The position numbers and the translations under genes are program-made. The notes under the pieces are model-generated. The model was not told where the DNA came from. It was given only the letters and a program-made list of their open reading frames with translations, and ran no database searches. Of a DNA stretch of 20,000 nt, positions 16,581 through 20,000 are shown piece after piece. Origin of the DNA: an uncultured virus (IMG/VR IMGVR_UViG_3300046001_003584) (Duplodnaviria > Heunggongvirae > Uroviricota > Caudoviricetes); IMG/VR virus record IMGVR_UViG_3300046001_003584. One strand, given 5' to 3'. Within the stretch, counting starts at the first letter, position 1; each line of letters begins with the position of its first letter.

Positions 16581-17957
16581 ATGGCCGCCTTCTTCTATGA
16601 TTCGCAGATACGCAGATTTTTAATCCAGTTTGGAAAAATATTTTCAAACTGGGAAGTTACTAAAGGTAAAGACCCTGCAGGTAATGATATTATTGTGCGT
16701 GTACCAATCATGTATGGTGATAGTAGTAGACAAGCCGCAACTATTATTGCTAATAATAGCGCAAGTAACTTGCCTAGCGCACCGTTAATTACATATTATA
16801 TAAGTGGTCTGGAGTACAATCAAAAATGGACTCAGGATCCTACGTTCGTAGACAAGATTAATGTTCGTCAACGAGCATATAATCAAGAAACACAACAATA
16901 TGAAACTGTACAAGGACAAGCATTTACGGTTGAAAGATTAATGCCAGTTCCGTATACATTAAGAATCACAGTTGATTTTTGGACAACCAACTATAATCAA
17001 AAATTACAATTAGTTGAACAAATAGGAACGATATTTAATCCTGCATTAGAAATTCAAAGTACTGATAACTTTCTAGACTGGACAAGTCTTAGTGCCGTGT
17101 TTCAAGATGGATTGACATTTAGCAGTCGTATTATTCCAGTTGGTACTGGAAATCCCATTGATGTTTTGAGTTGGAAATTCTATATGCCAATATGGATCAC
17201 TACTGCAAGTAAAGTCAAGAAGATGGGAGTTGTTGAGAAAATTATAGCAAGTATTTTTTCAGGTAATGCATTACAAGATATGCAAAATGATGACATGTTA
17301 TTGGGCACCAGACAAAAGATAACACCATATGGTTATAAGATTTTGTTATTAGGAAATACCTTACAGATATTACCACAGGCTATTGCATTTGATCCTTCTA
17401 ATGATAATCTAAATCTACCGGATAATCCTGATACAGATATATACTGGTCCAGTGTATTGAATGTATACGGAACTATTAAACCGGGCATAAGTCAAATTTG
17501 GCTGCAAAATCCATATATGACTACTGAAATTGTAGGTACTATTGTACCCAATCCAAACGATGATAGGGTATTGATCTACAACATTGACCCTGATACATTG
17601 CCGCAAAATACATTAACTCCAGTTGATGGTGTTATAAATCCTCAAATGACAGGCCCTAATGCAGGATTACCCGGACCAATTAATGGTCGTAGATATTTAC
17701 TAGTAGAAAATATTGGTGCACCGGGTGATAGTACAGTTTCTTGGGGCACGGTGATTGCTTTTGCTAATGATATCATTGAATACAGCACAGGTACTGGTGA
17801 ATGGGTTGTCAGCTTTGATAGCACGGTAGCAACACCAACTACATTAGAATATGTAACCAACTTAACAACTAATGTCCAATATCGTTTTATAGATGATATT
17901 TGGCAGAAAAGTTTTGAGGGTTGGTACGATCAGGGAAATTATTCAGTGGTCATCTAA
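16581..17957 (+). CDS. gp15: Tail terminator / sheath stabiliser (T4 gp15-like) with C-terminal extension
   Basis: FFYDSQIRRFLIQFGKIFSN..RVPIMYG..P.I......EY....Q..MPVPYTL..QLVEQI...FNP pattern. Confidence 0.82.
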   Translation: MAAFFYDSQIRRFLIQFGKIFSNWEVTKGKDPAGNDIIVRVPIMYGDSSRQAATIIANNSASNLPSAPLITYYISGLEYNQKWTQDPTFVDKINVRQRAYNQETQQYETVQGQAFTVERLMPVPYTLRITVDFWTTNYNQKLQLVEQIGTIFNPALEIQSTDNFLDWTSLSAVFQDGLTFSSRIIPVGTGNPIDVLSWKFYMPIWITTASKVKKMGVVEKIIASIFSGNALQDMQNDDMLLGTRQKITPYGYKILLLGNTLQILPQAIAFDPSNDNLNLPDNPDTDIYWSSVLNVYGTIKPGISQIWLQNPYMTTEIVGTIVPNPNDDRVLIYNIDPDTLPQNTLTPVDGVINPQMTGPNAGLPGPINGRRYLLVENIGAPGDSTVSWGTVIAFANDIIEYSTGTGEWVVSFDSTVATPTTLEYVTNLTTNVQYRFIDDIWQKSFEGWYDQGNYSVVI

Positions 17958-17976
17958 TACTGTGAAAAATCATAGT

Positions 17977-18393
17977 ATGAGCAACCAGGCAGCGGGAGTT
18001 TTCTTTTATAGCAATAAAACAGATCGCTACCTATATCTGTTGCGTACTGATAATAAGAACCCGGGAAACTGGGGAATACCCGGCGGAAAGATAGAAGATG
18101 ATGAAACTCTATTTGAAGGGATCGCAAGAGAATGTCAAGAGGAACTAGGATCTTTTCCATATAATGCAAAATTAGTTCCACTTCAAAAATTTATCAACCA
18201 TGCATTCACCTATCATACATTTTTCTGTGAAGTAGACGATGAGTTTGTACCAAAACTAAATGACGAACATTGTGGTTATGCATGGGTGGGTGATAATCAA
18301 TATCCTAAACCGTTGCATCCGGGATTATTTAACACAGTACATTTTGATGTGGTTCAATCTAAATTAAAGTCACTTACAAAAAAAGAGACCTAA
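17977..18393 (+). CDS. Nudix hydrolase
   Basis: Nudix box GGKIEDDETLFEGIARECQEELG. Start moved to ATG 17977 to avoid overlap with gp15. Confidence 0.92.
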   Translation: MSNQAAGVFFYSNKTDRYLYLLRTDNKNPGNWGIPGGKIEDDETLFEGIARECQEELGSFPYNAKLVPLQKFINHAFTYHTFFCEVDDEFVPKLNDEHCGYAWVGDNQYPKPLHPGLFNTVHFDVVQSKLKSLTKKET

Positions 18394-18405
18394 GTCTCTT
18401 TTTTT
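18378..18405. terminator. Bidirectional intrinsic terminator
   Basis: AAAAAAAGAGAC-CTAA-GTCTCTTTTTTT between convergent genes. Confidence 0.8.
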
Positions 18406-18703
18406 ATTTTAATAGTGCTGCCACTGTAGGTAACCCCATAGAGCCGATTACTACACCGGCCCCCATTAGCATCCATCGCCATTTTTCAAGTGCAGAAATT
18501 TTACTAGCTAATTCATTGTGTTCTTTGACATCCTGTTCGCGCATAGATTTCAGCATTTTTCTAGTTTCTTCTGCATTAGCTTCAATTGCATCATGTAATG
18601 CCCTCAGATTCAGTTTAAGTTCCCCAATTTTATCCTCAAGGTTCTTAACTTGGTACTGAAGTACTGCAATTTCAGTTTCCGGTTGCATTTTAGAGGGCAC
18701 CAT
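18404..18703 (-). CDS. Coiled-coil protein with one C-terminal transmembrane helix (XhlA/holin-like architecture)
   Basis: Heptad-rich body, then LEKWRWMLMGAGVVIGSMGL. Confidence 0.6.
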   Translation of the reverse strand: MVPSKMQPETEIAVLQYQVKNLEDKIGELKLNLRALHDAIEANAEETRKMLKSMREQDVKEHNELASKISALEKWRWMLMGAGVVIGSMGLPTVAALLK

Positions 18704-18705
18704 GA

Positions 18706-19971
18706 TTATGCGCTAGCAATAGAAACTATTTCGTAAGGCTGAGCACCAACTGAGTTGGCTGCTGCTGCGGTGTTGAATGTAGCAAATATCGGAGTAGCAT
18801 TTTGAAATACAATATTACCGGTGGCAACTGGACCAGAAGTAGCAGTAAACAACTCGCCAACGTGATCACTTAAACTTTGAACCGTTTGAGTAGCACTATT
18901 AGCATATGTAGCAAGAATCCGCATTGTATTAGGAGTCAATGCGGTATTTGCAAGATTTGCAGTAAAGCACTGTGATGTTAATCCAGTAACTGTGCCTGTA
19001 ACTAAATATTTTTGCTTACCCTTTTGACGAACAATGAAACCTGCTTCATCATTTGCATAGACAAATGCGGCGCCTGTTGAGGCAACTGCGGCGTTTGCAA
19101 CTAGTTCAACTACATCTTGTTGTGCATCAGGTGTGCCCGTAGCATTAGACAAATCAACTTCTGCTCCAGCCAATGTTTCTGAAACAGTAAGTGCAGTTGC
19201 GTTAGCAATTGCTTTAACAAAATAAACTTGACCAGATACTAGACCACCCAAGTTAGCAGTAAATCTTACTGTACCATTAGCAAACAATGTCTGAGCATTA
19301 CCGGTAGTACGAATGATGTTACCGGTGTTGTTTGTGTTAGCAACAGCAATTGCTGTGAAGCCACCAACGGTGTTAGCAAAACCTATCGTAGTATAATTTG
19401 TACTACCGTTGATGTTTGCGCTAGCAACTTGAATAGCAGAACCTACACTTAATGTGTTTGCCAAATCAGTACCAATACCAGTTACATAAGCGGTATTAGT
19501 TGCAGAGTACAATGTACCTGTACCATTAACACCAATAGCAACTTGTGCAAGTACTTGCTTACCGATAATAGCTGTATTACCACCTACTACGCTATATGTA
19601 TTAGCATTTGTTGCGGGAAAACCAGTTCCACCAACTGGGTTATTGAAATATGCATCAACGACATTAAAAGATGCTTTAACCGTGCCTCCTGATGAATTAG
19701 TTAATGTAGCCATCACACGAGGTTGAACACTTAATTGTGTAGTTGAAACGCTGAATGTAGTGTTTGATAAAATAGTATCAACATAATATATTGTGTTGGC
19801 TACTAAACCACTAATGTTTGATGCAGGTACAAATGACATACCGTTAGCTACACCTACTGTAGGGGATGTAGTTAAATTTCCACCTGATACTGTAACGATA
19901 CTGCCGGTTGCGGCTGTATCAGTGATTGTTAAGACTGCTTGAGCCTTTGCGATTTTTAGAGGGCGTCCCAT
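18706..19971 (-). CDS. Ala/Thr/Asn/Gly-rich virion structural protein with duplicated beta domain
   Basis: Internal repeat SNISGLVANTIYYVDTILSNTTFSVS / ANLGGLVSGQVYFVKAIANATALTVS; SD AGGAGA. Confidence 0.7.
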   Translation of the reverse strand: MGRPLKIAKAQAVLTITDTAATGSIVTVSGGNLTTSPTVGVANGMSFVPASNISGLVANTIYYVDTILSNTTFSVSTTQLSVQPRVMATLTNSSGGTVKASFNVVDAYFNNPVGGTGFPATNANTYSVVGGNTAIIGKQVLAQVAIGVNGTGTLYSATNTAYVTGIGTDLANTLSVGSAIQVASANINGSTNYTTIGFANTVGGFTAIAVANTNNTGNIIRTTGNAQTLFANGTVRFTANLGGLVSGQVYFVKAIANATALTVSETLAGAEVDLSNATGTPDAQQDVVELVANAAVASTGAAFVYANDEAGFIVRQKGKQKYLVTGTVTGLTSQCFTANLANTALTPNTMRILATYANSATQTVQSLSDHVGELFTATSGPVATGNIVFQNATPIFATFNTAAAANSVGAQPYEIVSIASA

Positions 19972-20000
19972 TTGATTTCTCCTGGTATGGGTTGCGGGTC

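Noticed and set aside
2102..18181. Other short antisense or nested ORFs in the track (e.g. 3290, 3631, 4524, 6471, 8152, 9853, 10496, 13145, 13640, 13744, 14227, 14231, 15420, 15529, 17415, 17642, 17954)
   Set aside because: They overlap well-supported genes, and I found no convincing start signals or recognisable motifs.

Overview
This window is from a large, AT-rich, T4-like myovirus; the host cannot be determined from the sequence. It covers a virion morphogenesis region. Minus strand: neck gp13-like, dNMP kinase, an enlarged 1194-aa tail sheath, tail tube, a second tube-fold protein, head-completion gp4-like, a probable small terminase and a long low-complexity head-internal-type protein running off the left end. 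Plus strand: enlarged gp14-like neck, gp15-like tail terminator and a Nudix hydrolase. T4-type late promoters (NATAAATA/CTAAATA) precede the structural genes. Between gp13 and gp14 is an early island of small genes, most with their own near-identical consensus sigma70 promoter, ending in a MazG-like gene. Most notable: (1) a ~440-nt ORF-free, densely base-paired element with a probable pseudoknot (11296-11735), a candidate large ncRNA or structured origin; (2) a GIY-YIG endonuclease fused in frame to a Zn-finger/HNH-like domain; (3) a PeSL-like promoter-ORF cassette array; (4) an orphan second C-terminus behind the gp4 gene; (5) a strong terminator-like hairpin inside the tube-like gene. Family calls come from motif recognition and pairings were found by eye; no database search or folding program was run.
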